Below are positions 9,512 through 19,489 of a DNA stretch of 64,000 nt, one piece after another (within the stretch, counting starts at the first letter, position 1; the number at the start of each line of letters is the position of its first letter). The position numbers were made by a program, and so were the translations under genes. The stretch lies in NCBI GenBank assembly GCA_963660615.1, contig CAVKYE010000001.1, forward strand, positions 69,954-133,953, written 5' to 3'. Below the pieces are notes generated by a model. That model saw only the letters and a list, made by a program, of their open reading frames with translations. It was not told the origin of the DNA and did no database searches. This DNA is from Vescimonas coprocola. GTDB taxonomy: Bacteria; Bacillota_I; Bacilli_A; RF39; UBA660.

Positions 9512-11392
9512 TTAATAATTAATTATTATAATTTCTTGTCTATCCTGTCTGTTTCTCTTAGTTATTTTTTCATTGACTATCATTTTAAAATTATTTTCTT
9601 TTATCCAAGTGGCTAATGGAGTATTTTCTTTACCATTTCTATCAATCATATTAGAAAGCATAAATTTTATTCCTTTTTTATCTAATTTAGTCAAAAATTG
9701 TAACAATTCTTTTTCTTGATTTTCATCCCAACCATTAAAACCTCTTTTGCCATCGTTATATGCACCACACGAAATTAAATAAGGTGGATCACAATAAACA
9801 AAATCCTGCTTTTCTATAGTTTTTTCATATTTTTTGTAATCCATTGATTTGAATACAATATTTTTATTTTTAGTTATGTAGGAAAATGAACAAAGTTTTT
9901 CTAACATATCCTCATTATATCCAGAATTTCCACATGGATTATTAAATTCTAGTTTACTATTAAATCTAATTTGGTGTTCAAAGCCAAAACATATAAGCAA
10001 ATATAAATCAAGAGGATTTCTACTTCCTATATCCTTACTATTGTATAAGGTTCTAAAGTTGATATATGTTTCCTTATTTTTTTTCTCTAAATTATATTTT
10101 TTTATAGTTTTTTCAATATATTGATATGTTCTAACAAAATCTTGATGACATATTTTTTCTAATAAATCTCTAACCATCCAGTTTATGTCATTATAAACAA
10201 TTTTACTCGCATTTGCATTTATGCAAACTGTACCACCACCACCAAACAAATCATAAAATGTATTTATTTGTTTTGGCATATATTTTGTTAAAAATGGTAA
10301 AACATCCCACTTTCCACCAATATAGTTTAACGGTGAAATATAAAGAGGCTTTTCTTCTTTTTCTATATAAAATAACCATTCATAATGTTTTTTATCTTTT
10401 GTATTTTCTTTTATTTCTTTATTAACAGCACGTGTGCTTTTATATTTTACAAAATCGATTTTCTTGAAAGTATATGTTCCTTCCTTAGCATATCTTTTCA
10501 TTACTTTTTCGATATATTCTTTACTCATTATACCAGCATCACTATAACTAAAAATAATGTGCTTAAATTTAGCATTTGCAATAAGTTTTTCAAATTCTTC
10601 ATGAACATGTCCTTTTCTACACCACATTGAAATTTGATCTCCATTATCACGGTGAGCTCCAACGCCGTGTATTTCTGGATTATCATTTTTTGCAATAGTT
10701 TCAAGCACATGATATTGACTGATGTATTGTGTAGGAGTATATGGGGGATCTAAATATAAAATATCACCACTTATTTTTTCTATTAAGTCATTTGCATTTA
10801 ACATATAAACTTCATTTTTATATTTTACATCTCCAAAGGTTTCTAATGGAATAAATTCCATTTTTTTTGTTGCTCTTGAATCCCAAATTTTTAAATATGC
10901 AGAATATACTCCAGCAACATTTGACACTTTACTAATACTTTCTAATAAACTACCAATAAGATAATATTTTTCATTTTCATCTATTTTCTTTTCATCAAAC
11001 CATATATCAATAGTATTTCTAATAAAATCAATTTTTTTTGCATTTTCATCCGAAAAATATTGTCTTCCAGATACTTCTGGAGCAAAATTATTATAACAAA
11101 ACCCTTTTTTATAATTATCTGAATCATAATTATTAAAGTATTCAAAAGGGTCGAATCCTAAATTTTTAAAAAATGTTTTAGAATTATACTTTAGTTTACC
11201 ATTACAAATTGCGTATGAAAAATATAAATTATCATTTGCAATTATTTCAAATCTATTTTTGAAATAATCCCCAACCGTACAAGTTCCAGCAAAAAGATCA
11301 CAAAAAGTCTGACCTTTTTTATCTAATTTTTTCTCTTTTATAAATTTATCTAATGTTTCCAGCAATTTAGCCTTGTTTCCTATATATCTCAT
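9512..11392 (-). CDS. fused double N6-adenine DNA methyltransferase (two Dam/D12-class domains, two DPPY motifs)
   Basis: N-terminus RYIGNKAKLL (Dam-family SAM-binding motif). Two catalytic DPPY motifs (LYLDPPYTPTQY and VYCDPPYLISCGAYNDG), and a second GGKW-like motif (NYIGGKWDVLPFL) starting the second domain. Probable start is the ATG at 11392 (GGAG 8 nt upstream) rather than 11437. Confidence 0.8.
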   Translation of the reverse strand: MRYIGNKAKLLETLDKFIKEKKLDKKGQTFCDLFAGTCTVGDYFKNRFEIIANDNLYFSYAICNGKLKYNSKTFFKNLGFDPFEYFNNYDSDNYKKGFCYNNFAPEVSGRQYFSDENAKKIDFIRNTIDIWFDEKKIDENEKYYLIGSLLESISKVSNVAGVYSAYLKIWDSRATKKMEFIPLETFGDVKYKNEVYMLNANDLIEKISGDILYLDPPYTPTQYISQYHVLETIAKNDNPEIHGVGAHRDNGDQISMWCRKGHVHEEFEKLIANAKFKHIIFSYSDAGIMSKEYIEKVMKRYAKEGTYTFKKIDFVKYKSTRAVNKEIKENTKDKKHYEWLFYIEKEEKPLYISPLNYIGGKWDVLPFLTKYMPKQINTFYDLFGGGGTVCINANASKIVYNDINWMVRDLLEKICHQDFVRTYQYIEKTIKKYNLEKKNKETYINFRTLYNSKDIGSRNPLDLYLLICFGFEHQIRFNSKLEFNNPCGNSGYNEDMLEKLCSFSYITKNKNIVFKSMDYKKYEKTIEKQDFVYCDPPYLISCGAYNDGKRGFNGWDENQEKELLQFLTKLDKKGIKFMLSNMIDRNGKENTPLATWIKENNFKMIVNEKITKRNRQDRQEIIIINY

Positions 11393-11488
11393 TTTATCAA
11401 CTCCAAATAAATAACCATTATATATTATAACATACAAATCATGTTTTTTCTTAAATGAGTGTATAAAAAAACTAGAATTTAAATCCAG

Positions 11489-12193
11489 TTAATCCAAAGT
11501 TACAGATATATCATAGGTGTATTTATATTTTCTTCGTTTATATTTTTTTCTGGCAAATACATGACCAACTAAATGTTTATGTTCTTCTTTATTAAATGGA
11601 TGTCCAGCATCGAAACTTGGTATTACGTTTTCAATAATATCAATAATTTCCCATGAATCATCAAAATATTCTCTCATTTCTAATCTTCTGAAATATTGCT
11701 CTTTTGGATAGTTAATATAATCATGTTCGTTTTCTGCTAAATGATAGAATATATAAATTAAACCATTTTCTTTAACAGAAGATAACAATTTTCTCATTTT
11801 TCTTTCTTTAGGTATGTGTTTATTACAATTTAAGTGCAGTGATTTATAACAAAACACAAAGTCGTATTCTTTTTCAACTTTTTGCTCAAAAAAATTTCTT
11901 TCAAACAAATTTACTTTATCCTCATAATGAAAATACTTTAATTTTTCTTTTAAACCAACTATATTAAAATCATCTATAATACCACCGTTTATAAATTCTT
12001 CTTGTTGTTCATAACAATCCAATTTAAAGCCTCTTCTAACAGTACATAGTATATGTAAACCATCCAAAGCATTTGGTATTAATATTTTTATATTTTTATC
12101 ATTATTAAAGTGATTATCAACATATTTAATTATATGTTTGGTATATTGCTGGTAATCTTCTCCAAAGCAACTACCATATCCTTTTTTTCCCAT
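11489..12193 (-). CDS. hypothetical protein (possible SAM-dependent methyltransferase-like fold; uncertain)
   Basis: 234-aa ORF, last gene of the element before the junction with spoVE; no firm motif. Confidence 0.3.
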   Translation of the reverse strand: MGKKGYGSCFGEDYQQYTKHIIKYVDNHFNNDKNIKILIPNALDGLHILCTVRRGFKLDCYEQQEEFINGGIIDDFNIVGLKEKLKYFHYEDKVNLFERNFFEQKVEKEYDFVFCYKSLHLNCNKHIPKERKMRKLLSSVKENGLIYIFYHLAENEHDYINYPKEQYFRRLEMREYFDDSWEIIDIIENVIPSFDAGHPFNKEEHKHLVGHVFARKKYKRRKYKYTYDISVTLD

Positions 12194-12411
12194 AATCTAA
12201 TTCCTTTCAAAATTAGATATAATAGACCCCTAAATTTGTATGTTATCATCGTAAGGCAACCTATCAAAAAAGTTGCAATTTTTTTGCTTTTTTTTGCAAT
12301 TTTCATAAATTTTTAGTTTTTTTCTAAATAAGGTTAAATTATCAAATTCGGTTTTTTCCCTTATTATAAGGGCTAAAAAGTGTCTGTAGTTATAGGATAC
12401 CACGAAGTATA

Positions 12412-13397
12412 ACCCCAGTTACTGGTATAAGGCCAACTACTACCATAAGATTAAGTAAAGCTTGAAAGCCTAAAGAAAATATAATTCCAAAAGCTAGATA
12501 TTTTCCAAATAAATTCTCACATTTTAAAGCTATTTTTATTCCTATGGCAATTATGCTGATGAATAATAATGCGACGATTAAAATTCCAACGAATCCAAAT
12601 TCTTCGCTAATGATTGAGAAAATGAAGTCTGTTTGAGGTTCGGGTAAGTAAAAATGTTTTTGTCTAGAGCCTCCAAGCCCAAAGCCAAATAATCCTCCTG
12701 GCCCGATTGCATAAAGTGATTGTATAATTTGAAAACCACTACCTAACGGATCTTCCCAAGGGTTTAAAAATGATAGTATTCTTTTTAATCTATAGGGGGC
12801 GGCTATAATTAAGGCTATGACTCCTAAAAGGCCAATTACTAAGGTTTTTAAGAAGAATTTTATTGAAACTCCTCCGGCAAATAAAAGTCCTATAACACCC
12901 ATGACTAAAATCATGCCTGTTCCAAAGTCAGGTTGTAACATAATAAGGCCAAAGACTATTAAAGTAAGGCCAAGGATTGGAATAACACCTTTTTTTATAT
13001 TACCCAAATCTTTACGGTTATTATATAGATATTTGCTTGTAAAAATAATCATTGCTAGTTTCATAAATTCACTAGGCTGCACGCCAAAAGAACCGATACC
13101 AAACCAACTTTTACTGCCATTTTTCTCAGTTCCAAATATTAAGACTAAAACTAGTAGGATAAAACAGATAATAAAAATTTTATTAGAATATTTATAATAG
13201 TTTTCAAAGTTAAATTTGCTGACTAAATACATAAGTATAATTCCTAGGATTAAAAACATTCCTTGGTTTTTTACGTATTTAAAGGTGTCATTAAATTTAT
13301 AATCTGCCCAAACGTATGAGGCTGAATAAATCATAATTAGGCCAAATAACGATAAAAGTATTATTAATATAAACAAGGAAATATTTATTTTTTTCAT
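12412..13397 (-). CDS. spoVE: SEDS-family peptidoglycan glycosyltransferase (SpoVE/FtsW/RodA), 5' segment only: reading frame leaves the family consensus right after the conserved GLIPVTG motif (split or truncated gene)
   Basis: Contains GSKSWFGIGSFGVQPSEFMKLAMIIF and the rest of the SEDS fold. Ends ...GLIPVTGVILRGIL*, lacking the conserved PLPFISYGGSS... C-terminus (~35-40 aa). Downstream DNA (12194..12411) is non-homologous AT-rich element DNA. Start at 13397 (MKKINISLF) overlaps the mraY stop. Confidence 0.75.
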
Positions 13398-14377
13398 AAA
13401 ACCACCCCATAATAAAGGGCAATTAAAGATGTCAAAATACCAATTACCCAAAATAATAAGACTGTTTTTCTTTCCCCTATTTTCATCTCAAAGGTATGAT
13501 GAATGGGGGTCATTGGGAAAAATCTTTTAGATGTAAGTTTGTAATAAATAATTTGAATGATACAGCTAAAGGTTTCGATGGCGAATACAAAACAAATCAA
13601 AATAAGTAATAGTTCATGTCTTGTCATAATTGCATAAGCTCCTAATGTTGCTCCCAAAGCAAGTGAACCTGTATCTCCCATAAATATCTTAGCAGGATTC
13701 ATATTAAAGACTAAAAATCCAAAAAGAGAACCTACTAGGAGAAAACAAAATACTGCAATATCTTCATATCCTAAAAGCCAGCCAGTATGCCAAGAGATGA
13801 TTCCAAAACAAACAAAGCTAATAATGGAAAGACCTGATGCGAGTCCATCAAGACCATCAGCTAAATTAACTGCATTACTGCAAGCTACCAAAACAAACAA
13901 AATAAATAAGCCATAAAGAAACCCAATATCAAGTTTAAAATGAAGAAGATGAATCCACAAAAGAGGTTCGTTTCCACTCTTCATGAAAAAATAAAAGAAA
14001 ACGACTGCAATAATTACTTGCAAAAATAATTTAGAGGAAGGACTAAGTCCGTTATTATTGTGTCTTTTTATAATAAGAAAATCATCAATAAATCCAATAA
14101 GCATATAACTAAAGAAGGTAAAAACAATAATAAATAATGTATAACTGAAATGAATTTTACCTAAATAAAGCAGAATAATAAGTAAAATTATAGATGAAAA
14201 GACAAATATAAGACCGCCCATAGTAGGTGTACCATCCTTAGTCTTATGACTTCTTCTTAAATAAATACTAATACTTTGTGAAACGTGAAATTTTTTTAAA
14301 ATGGGAATTAAAATGCAGGCTAGAATCATAGAAAAAACAAAACCTAAAAGCATTGCGATAACTGATTTTTCTATCAT
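13394..14377 (-). CDS. mraY: phospho-N-acetylmuramoyl-pentapeptide transferase
   Basis: Conserved MraY motifs (GTPTMGG, NAVNLADGLDGLASG, FMGDTGSLALG, PIHHTFE). ATG at 14377 preceded by AGGAGG. Confidence 0.9.
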   Translation of the reverse strand: MIEKSVIAMLLGFVFSMILACILIPILKKFHVSQSISIYLRRSHKTKDGTPTMGGLIFVFSSIILLIILLYLGKIHFSYTLFIIVFTFFSYMLIGFIDDFLIIKRHNNNGLSPSSKLFLQVIIAVVFFYFFMKSGNEPLLWIHLLHFKLDIGFLYGLFILFVLVACSNAVNLADGLDGLASGLSIISFVCFGIISWHTGWLLGYEDIAVFCFLLVGSLFGFLVFNMNPAKIFMGDTGSLALGATLGAYAIMTRHELLLILICFVFAIETFSCIIQIIYYKLTSKRFFPMTPIHHTFEMKIGERKTVLLFWVIGILTSLIALYYGVVL

Positions 14378-14387
14378 AAAATGCCTC

Positions 14388-15248
14388 CTATCCCATAAAA
14401 AGTCTAACAGTCTCCCCTTCATAAATTCTTTCGCCTGCTGAAGGTGACTGATAAGTTACTTTATCACCCGAACCACTTATCTCAACTTTAAATGAAGATA
14501 AGTTTTTAACGGCTTCTTCTTTACTTTTACCAACAACATTACTAACTTCTTTATACTTTTTGTCAGTATACTGATACTCTTTCTCCATTCCACCAGAAGG
14601 TTTTTTAATATTAAGGGCTTTTATACAATCCAATAAAATCTCCCGAGCTGGTGGGCCGGCAATAAGGCCTCCAAATTGATTAACGCCTTTTGGATTATCA
14701 ATTGCGACATAAACTACTACTTTTGGATTATTGGCAGGAAGAAAGCCAATAAAAGACAAAATGTAATTGTTAACTAAATATTTGCCATTTGAAACCTTTT
14801 GGGCGGTTCCTGTTTTTCCTCCTACTCGGTATCCGTCAATATATGCTGTTCTACCAGTACCATTTGAAACGACACTTTCTAAGGCATGCCTAACTTCTTT
14901 ACTAGTTTTTTCACTAATAACTTTACGGATAACGGTTTTTTTATTTTCTTTTATAACGCTATTAGTTTCTGGTTCATTTATACTTTTAACAATATATGGT
15001 TTATATAAAATACCACCATTTATGGCTGCACTAACTGCGGTTACTTGTTGAATGGGAGTAACTGATACACCTTGACCGAAGGCGGTTGTTGCAAGTTCTA
15101 CAGGGCCTACTTTATTCATTTTAAATAAAATACCAGAGCTTTCGCCATTTAAATCAATACCAGTTTTACTACCAAATCCAAACTTTCTTATATATTCAAA
15201 TAGTTTTTCTTTTCCAAGCTTTTGGCCTAAAATTACAAAGCCTGGGTT
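14388..15248 (-). CDS. spoVD: class B penicillin-binding protein (SpoVD/FtsI-like), 3' segment (transpeptidase C-terminal part plus PASTA-like domain)
   Basis: Begins ...SNPGFVILGQKLGKEKLFEYIRKFGFG and contains KTGTA (the KTG motif). No N-terminal domain or start codon; in-frame TAA stop 5 codons upstream of the segment. Joins in frame with 19251..19419 (ENSCN + PGF). Confidence 0.8.
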   Translation of the reverse strand, partial: NPGFVILGQKLGKEKLFEYIRKFGFGSKTGIDLNGESSGILFKMNKVGPVELATTAFGQGVSVTPIQQVTAVSAAINGGILYKPYIVKSINEPETNSVIKENKKTVIRKVISEKTSKEVRHALESVVSNGTGRTAYIDGYRVGGKTGTAQKVSNGKYLVNNYILSFIGFLPANNPKVVVYVAIDNPKGVNQFGGLIAGPPAREILLDCIKALNIKKPSGGMEKEYQYTDKKYKEVSNVVGKSKEEAVKNLSSFKVEISGSGDKVTYQSPSAGERIYEGETVRLFMG

Positions 15249-16950
15249 GCTTTGTGTCAATACACGAACACTTTAAGACAGGAGTTTGCCTTCTACAAGC
15301 AAGTGTTTGTAACGATCTTGACTTAAGTTCGTTTTTTGTATTCATATCTAAATCTATATCAATATCTGGTGTATTAAAATCAAAATAAATAGATAATTTT
15401 ATATGCTTTCTATCACCATTTACTTTTTCAACTATAACCTTATCAACTAGTAAATTTACTAAATAAGGTAAGTTTTCTTTAATATCCAATTTTGCACTTA
15501 AGCAAGATTCAATATCACTTAATTTTTTACGCATTTTTTCTTCCTCTAAGTTTTGACTTTCCAAACAGTCTATTTGCTTTTGTAAATTAAAAATTTGCGT
15601 ATTAAATTTATCATTTCGTTTTTTAAATTCAAAGTCATCAATCATACCTTTTAAACTTAAATCTAACAATTTATCTTTTTGTTTATCAATTTGTTCTATC
15701 TTTCTTTTTATTTCTTCTGTATCTAATTCATCAGTAAAATTTTTAACAATATTTTTATATTCTGATAAAACTTGTCCCAAATAATCTTTTTTATGTTTAA
15801 TGAAATCACTAAATAGATTAACAAATATTTTATCAAGATAACTTTCTTTTATAATTGGAGATTCACATTTTGATACTCCCTCAGTTTTATAAGTTTTACA
15901 AGCCCATGTTGGATTTAAAGAACGATTTGATCCACCGTTACGAATAAATATACCATTACAATCTTTACAATATAACTTAGCCGAATATTTATATTTTTTT
16001 ATGTGTTCTTCAGAATTAAGTACGTGCCTAGATGGTAATTTTTTTCTTCTCTCATGCAAAGCATTTGCTTTGTCCCAAAGTTCTTCTGATACAATAGCTG
16101 GAATTCTATCATCTTTTTCTATAATTTGTTCTTCTTTAGGTATTTTTTTCTTTTTATGAGTTTTATAATCTTCAACCTCAGTAAGTTTAGCAGTATAAAA
16201 TCCCTTATATCTAGGATTGGAAAGCATTTTTGCAAGTGCTGTCCCTGAATATGGTTTTCCTTTGGAATTTAAATATCCCATTTGTGCTAGTTCTTCGCCA
16301 ATTTTTTTTAAACCAAGACTACCACTTGCATAAGTAGTAAATAAATACTTTATGATTGGTGCTTCATTTGGATTAATTTCATATATTCCATTTTTCTTAT
16401 AGTATCCTGTTAAATTACCACCAATTAATTTTCTATCTTTAATCATTCTATTAATACCAAATTTAACTCTTTCTGATAATTTACGAACTTCATCTTGTGC
16501 CATACTAGACATGATAGTAAGCCTAAACTCAGAATCTTCTTGAATTGTATTTAGATTATCAGATAAAAAATATACTATAACACCTTGTTTCAATAAATAT
16601 TCTGTATATTTGATACTATCAACCGTATTTCTGGAAAATCTAGAAATTTCTTTTGTTAAGATTAAATCAATTTTTCCTAAAGTTGCATCTTCAATCATTT
16701 TTAAGAAAGAATCACGATTTTTAACAGCTGTTCCACTGATTCCCTCATCAATATATCCACGAGTAAAAATCCAATTAGAATTTTCTTTTATCATATCTTC
16801 AAAATAATTTTGTTGATTTTCTAACGAATTTAACTGTTCATCTTTATCCGTTGAAACACGACCATAATATGCAACTTTTAAATTCATATCATAAATTGTT
16901 TTACCTTTTCTTAATTCTTCTCTTGCTTTTTTTATTTCCATAAATAGCAC
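15196..16950 (-). CDS. large serine recombinase (resolvase/invertase N-terminal catalytic domain + recombinase + zinc-ribbon/coiled-coil C-terminal domains)
   Basis: N-terminus VAYYGRVSTDKDEQLNSLENQQNYF with catalytic Ser in the RVST context. 584 aa. The last ~17 codons read across the element/spoVD junction (~15248) into spoVD DNA in another frame, so the true C-terminus is uncertain. Confidence 0.85.
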   Translation of the reverse strand: MLFMEIKKAREELRKGKTIYDMNLKVAYYGRVSTDKDEQLNSLENQQNYFEDMIKENSNWIFTRGYIDEGISGTAVKNRDSFLKMIEDATLGKIDLILTKEISRFSRNTVDSIKYTEYLLKQGVIVYFLSDNLNTIQEDSEFRLTIMSSMAQDEVRKLSERVKFGINRMIKDRKLIGGNLTGYYKKNGIYEINPNEAPIIKYLFTTYASGSLGLKKIGEELAQMGYLNSKGKPYSGTALAKMLSNPRYKGFYTAKLTEVEDYKTHKKKKIPKEEQIIEKDDRIPAIVSEELWDKANALHERRKKLPSRHVLNSEEHIKKYKYSAKLYCKDCNGIFIRNGGSNRSLNPTWACKTYKTEGVSKCESPIIKESYLDKIFVNLFSDFIKHKKDYLGQVLSEYKNIVKNFTDELDTEEIKRKIEQIDKQKDKLLDLSLKGMIDDFEFKKRNDKFNTQIFNLQKQIDCLESQNLEEEKMRKKLSDIESCLSAKLDIKENLPYLVNLLVDKVIVEKVNGDRKHIKLSIYFDFNTPDIDIDLDMNTKNELKSRSLQTLACRRQTPVLKCSCIDTKQPRLCNFRPKAWKRKTI

Positions 16951-16982
16951 TTCCTTTCATGTGTTCCTAAAATTCAAGATAA

Positions 16983-17228
16983 CTAGGATGCTTGCATGGT
17001 AGCTCCATAATCAACATTTGTCAAATCATCTTTTTCATTTAATAAGTATTCGTTTCTTATTTTTTTTAGTCTTCCCATAATAGAATTTTCCATTTCATTA
17101 TATGTTCTTAAATCAATAACTTTTTCATCGTATAATTCTTTATTAACAATTAGTCTATATTCCAACAACTTATATTCAAAAGGTAATTGTTTTGTACTAA
17201 ATCTAACTTCTATATCTTTTTCTAGCAT
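16983..17228 (-). CDS. small conserved protein immediately upstream of recombinase 1; candidate recombination directionality factor/regulator
   Basis: 81 aa; the LEYRLIVNKELYDEKVIDLRTYNEMENSIMGRLKKIRNE segment is paralogous to the 52-aa ORF 21232..21390 upstream of recombinase 2 (LEYELIINKKLYDQGVITERQYDEVCKIIYEKINR). Confidence 0.5.
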   Translation of the reverse strand: MLEKDIEVRFSTKQLPFEYKLLEYRLIVNKELYDEKVIDLRTYNEMENSIMGRLKKIRNEYLLNEKDDLTNVDYGATMQAS

Positions 17229-17448
17229 TTAGATTTACCTCCAACTAATTTTATTCAAGGCGAAATAAAATTATACAAAAAAACCAACAACTTGGTTTTT
17301 TAGAAAATGCTATTTAAATTTTTATTCTGTTTTATTTATTACTAATACTTATCTTTATTTTTTCTCTAATAAATTTCATTAATTCTTAAAGAATATCAAT
17401 TATTTAAAACCATTGATAATTTAAATTGAATTCACTTATTTTTACAGA

Positions 17449-18300
17449 CTACGCTCCAACTAATTCAGACTCTAGTAATTCAATTACTTGTTTTATAGCA
17501 TTAATTGTATCTTCAAATTCTACATTTTTTGCATAAGTAAGTTTCTTACTATAATTATTAAATAATTCTTTTAATACAACACTATCTTTTATAATTTCAA
17601 ATATATCATTTAAATATTCTATATTAAAATTCGTATTTCTATGTTTAAATGTTCTTTTTATTGCTTTAATAAGTATATTCTTATCTATTTTATCTATATG
17701 ATTATTTACTATTACATACATATCGTAAAAGTCCTTTGCTCTTGTAGTAGTTATATTTTTACTAATAATACTTTCAAATTTTTCAGCAATTATAGTTTCA
17801 ATTGTATATGCCATAATATTAATAGTTTTATCTTCAAAAATAGAATTATATTTATACTTTATTTCTCTTGGTGTAATTATATCTCCTGTTGTTACTTCTA
17901 TAAAGAAATGTGTTTTTAATTTATCAAATTCTCCATAAACATTTATTCTATATCCACCGTATTCATCTTCTAATCTAATGTCCTTAATATTTTCGATTTT
18001 AAAAATAAAACTATCATTTATATCAATTGATAATATTTCTTCAAAAATATTTCTAATAGATTCTTCATTTAGTGAAATGCTTTTTAAGGTAGCGTCTATA
18101 TCTTTTGTAGTTCTCATATCACTTCCAATAATTGAAGAAAGTAATACTCCACCTTTTAGAATAATGTTATCTTTATACTTACTTTTTTCTAATCTCATTA
18201 ATACATGTTCAAAGAAAAACATTTGATGAAGATGTAGTGATACATCATTACTTTTTTTAGCACGATTTTTAATAAGTGCATTAATTTTATCACTATTCAT
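17449..18300 (-). CDS. abiEii: AbiEii/AbiGii-family nucleotidyltransferase toxin (type IV TA / abortive infection)
   Basis: 283 aa; N-terminal ...SLHLHQMFFFEHVLMRLEKSKYKDNIILKGGVLL...TKDIDAT matches the AbiEii/DUF1814 nucleotidyltransferase pattern. Overlaps by 1 nt the upstream AbiEi-like gene. Confidence 0.65.
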   Translation of the reverse strand: MNSDKINALIKNRAKKSNDVSLHLHQMFFFEHVLMRLEKSKYKDNIILKGGVLLSSIIGSDMRTTKDIDATLKSISLNEESIRNIFEEILSIDINDSFIFKIENIKDIRLEDEYGGYRINVYGEFDKLKTHFFIEVTTGDIITPREIKYKYNSIFEDKTINIMAYTIETIIAEKFESIISKNITTTRAKDFYDMYVIVNNHIDKIDKNILIKAIKRTFKHRNTNFNIEYLNDIFEIIKDSVVLKELFNNYSKKLTYAKNVEFEDTINAIKQVIELLESELVGA

Positions 18301-18902
18301 TATAAAATCACCTGCATAATTTCTGCCACTTCTTTTTCAATGTTTAATTTTTTTGAATATTTAGCAAGTTTTAACATATCCTTTTCTTTTCTTTCAGCAT
18401 ACCATTTTAAAGCTTTAGTATAGATTTCTTTATCCATGTGATTTTTGTCTTTAATAATATCACAAATAGTCCTTTCAACGTCATAACATTTAATATCCAT
18501 ACCAAATGGAGATTTAATGGTTTCCATTCCTAAGTTCAAAAGATTATTATCAACATAATGAAGTGATACAACATCTATATTTTGTAATGGTCCACCATAA
18601 CCACGAGGTACAGTGATATCAAAATACAGTGGTGTTCTATCTGATAATTCATGTAAGAATAAAGATGTAGTATAAGAAAATACAGCATTTTTGCTTTTAG
18701 AAATAATCTTATAATAATCATCATTAATCACATCAGGTAATGAATAATATCCGGTCGATACTCTTTCTAGTAATCCACCATCAACTAACCTTTTTAATGC
18801 CATTTTATTTAGTTTATTATCTACTACTTCTTTTGTAGTAATATATCCATCATTTTTTTTCACTAATTGCAAAATTTTTTCTAAATCACTCATGTGCAAC
18901 AC
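18300..18902 (-). CDS. abiEi: AbiEi-family antitoxin/transcriptional regulator
   Basis: 200 aa; N-terminal winged-helix (LEKILQLVKKNDGYITTKEVVDNKLNKMALKRLVDGGLLERVSTGYYSL) typical of AbiEi. Genetic pairing with an AbiEii-like gene. Confidence 0.65.
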   Translation of the reverse strand: MLHMSDLEKILQLVKKNDGYITTKEVVDNKLNKMALKRLVDGGLLERVSTGYYSLPDVINDDYYKIISKSKNAVFSYTTSLFLHELSDRTPLYFDITVPRGYGGPLQNIDVVSLHYVDNNLLNLGMETIKSPFGMDIKCYDVERTICDIIKDKNHMDKEIYTKALKWYAERKEKDMLKLAKYSKKLNIEKEVAEIMQVIL

Positions 18903-19250
18903 CTCTTGTGTTAATTATACAACAGTTAATTATAAAAGAGAATAGTCTTTGTTACTTTTTTAATTATTTTTTTAATATTTTAATTGCAAAAGTAACATAT
19001 TTTATACAAAGTAGTATAATTCTATAAACTAATTTTTTATTTACTGGGGTGTACTTAGATATTTCATAACTTTTAATTATATAATTTTAATATTCTCTTC
19101 ACTATACAATTTATTGTATCTACACAACAGTTCATAATTAATTCTACCAACAACAAACGATGTAGAACAAACATCAATCTTGGCACTATATTTTATACTA
19201 TTTGCAAGGGTTTCTGCAAATTCAAAAGTGTTCCTGTATTTACTCCAAGA

Positions 19251-19419
19251 TTACAAGAATTTTCTACAACTTCTAGAAATGTTTCGTGACCATGTCCTCC
19301 ATGTTTCCAGCAGTGTAAGGTTGCATTTTCTACTTTTATACTACCTGAATCATTGTAGGTATCTTTATTTAAATCAACTTTTCCTTCTTCTAAAGCTGCT
19401 GCAAGTGTAATTATTTTGA
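19251..19419 (-). CDS. spoVD: class B PBP (SpoVD-like) middle segment (~56 codons, carries the K of the SxxK context through to SCN)
   Basis: Minus-strand translation ...SFSGVTFKIITLAAALEEGKVDLNKDTYNDSGSIKVENATLHCWKHGGHGHETFLEVVENSCN then diverges. Bridges exactly between the N segment (...YEPGSTF) and the C segment (NPGFVILG...). Too short to appear in the ORF track. Confidence 0.75.
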
Positions 19420-19489
19420 AAGTAACCCCCGAAAACGATACCTGAATAAAACAAAAAAAGACTAGATTACCATATAAATATATGATAAC

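Noticed and set aside
12110-12316. 68-aa plus-strand ORF spanning the spoVE/element junction
   Set aside because: It overlaps the 3' end of the minus-strand gene 11489..12193, is hydrophobic low-complexity, and has no RBS. Considered spurious.
14388-15260. Initial reading of the 290-aa PBP fragment as an assembly artefact or an N-terminally truncated pseudogene
   Set aside because: The missing pieces are present in order and orientation at 19251..19419 and 22971..23849, separated by recombinase-bearing elements, and the joins are in frame. Interpreted instead as a split gene.
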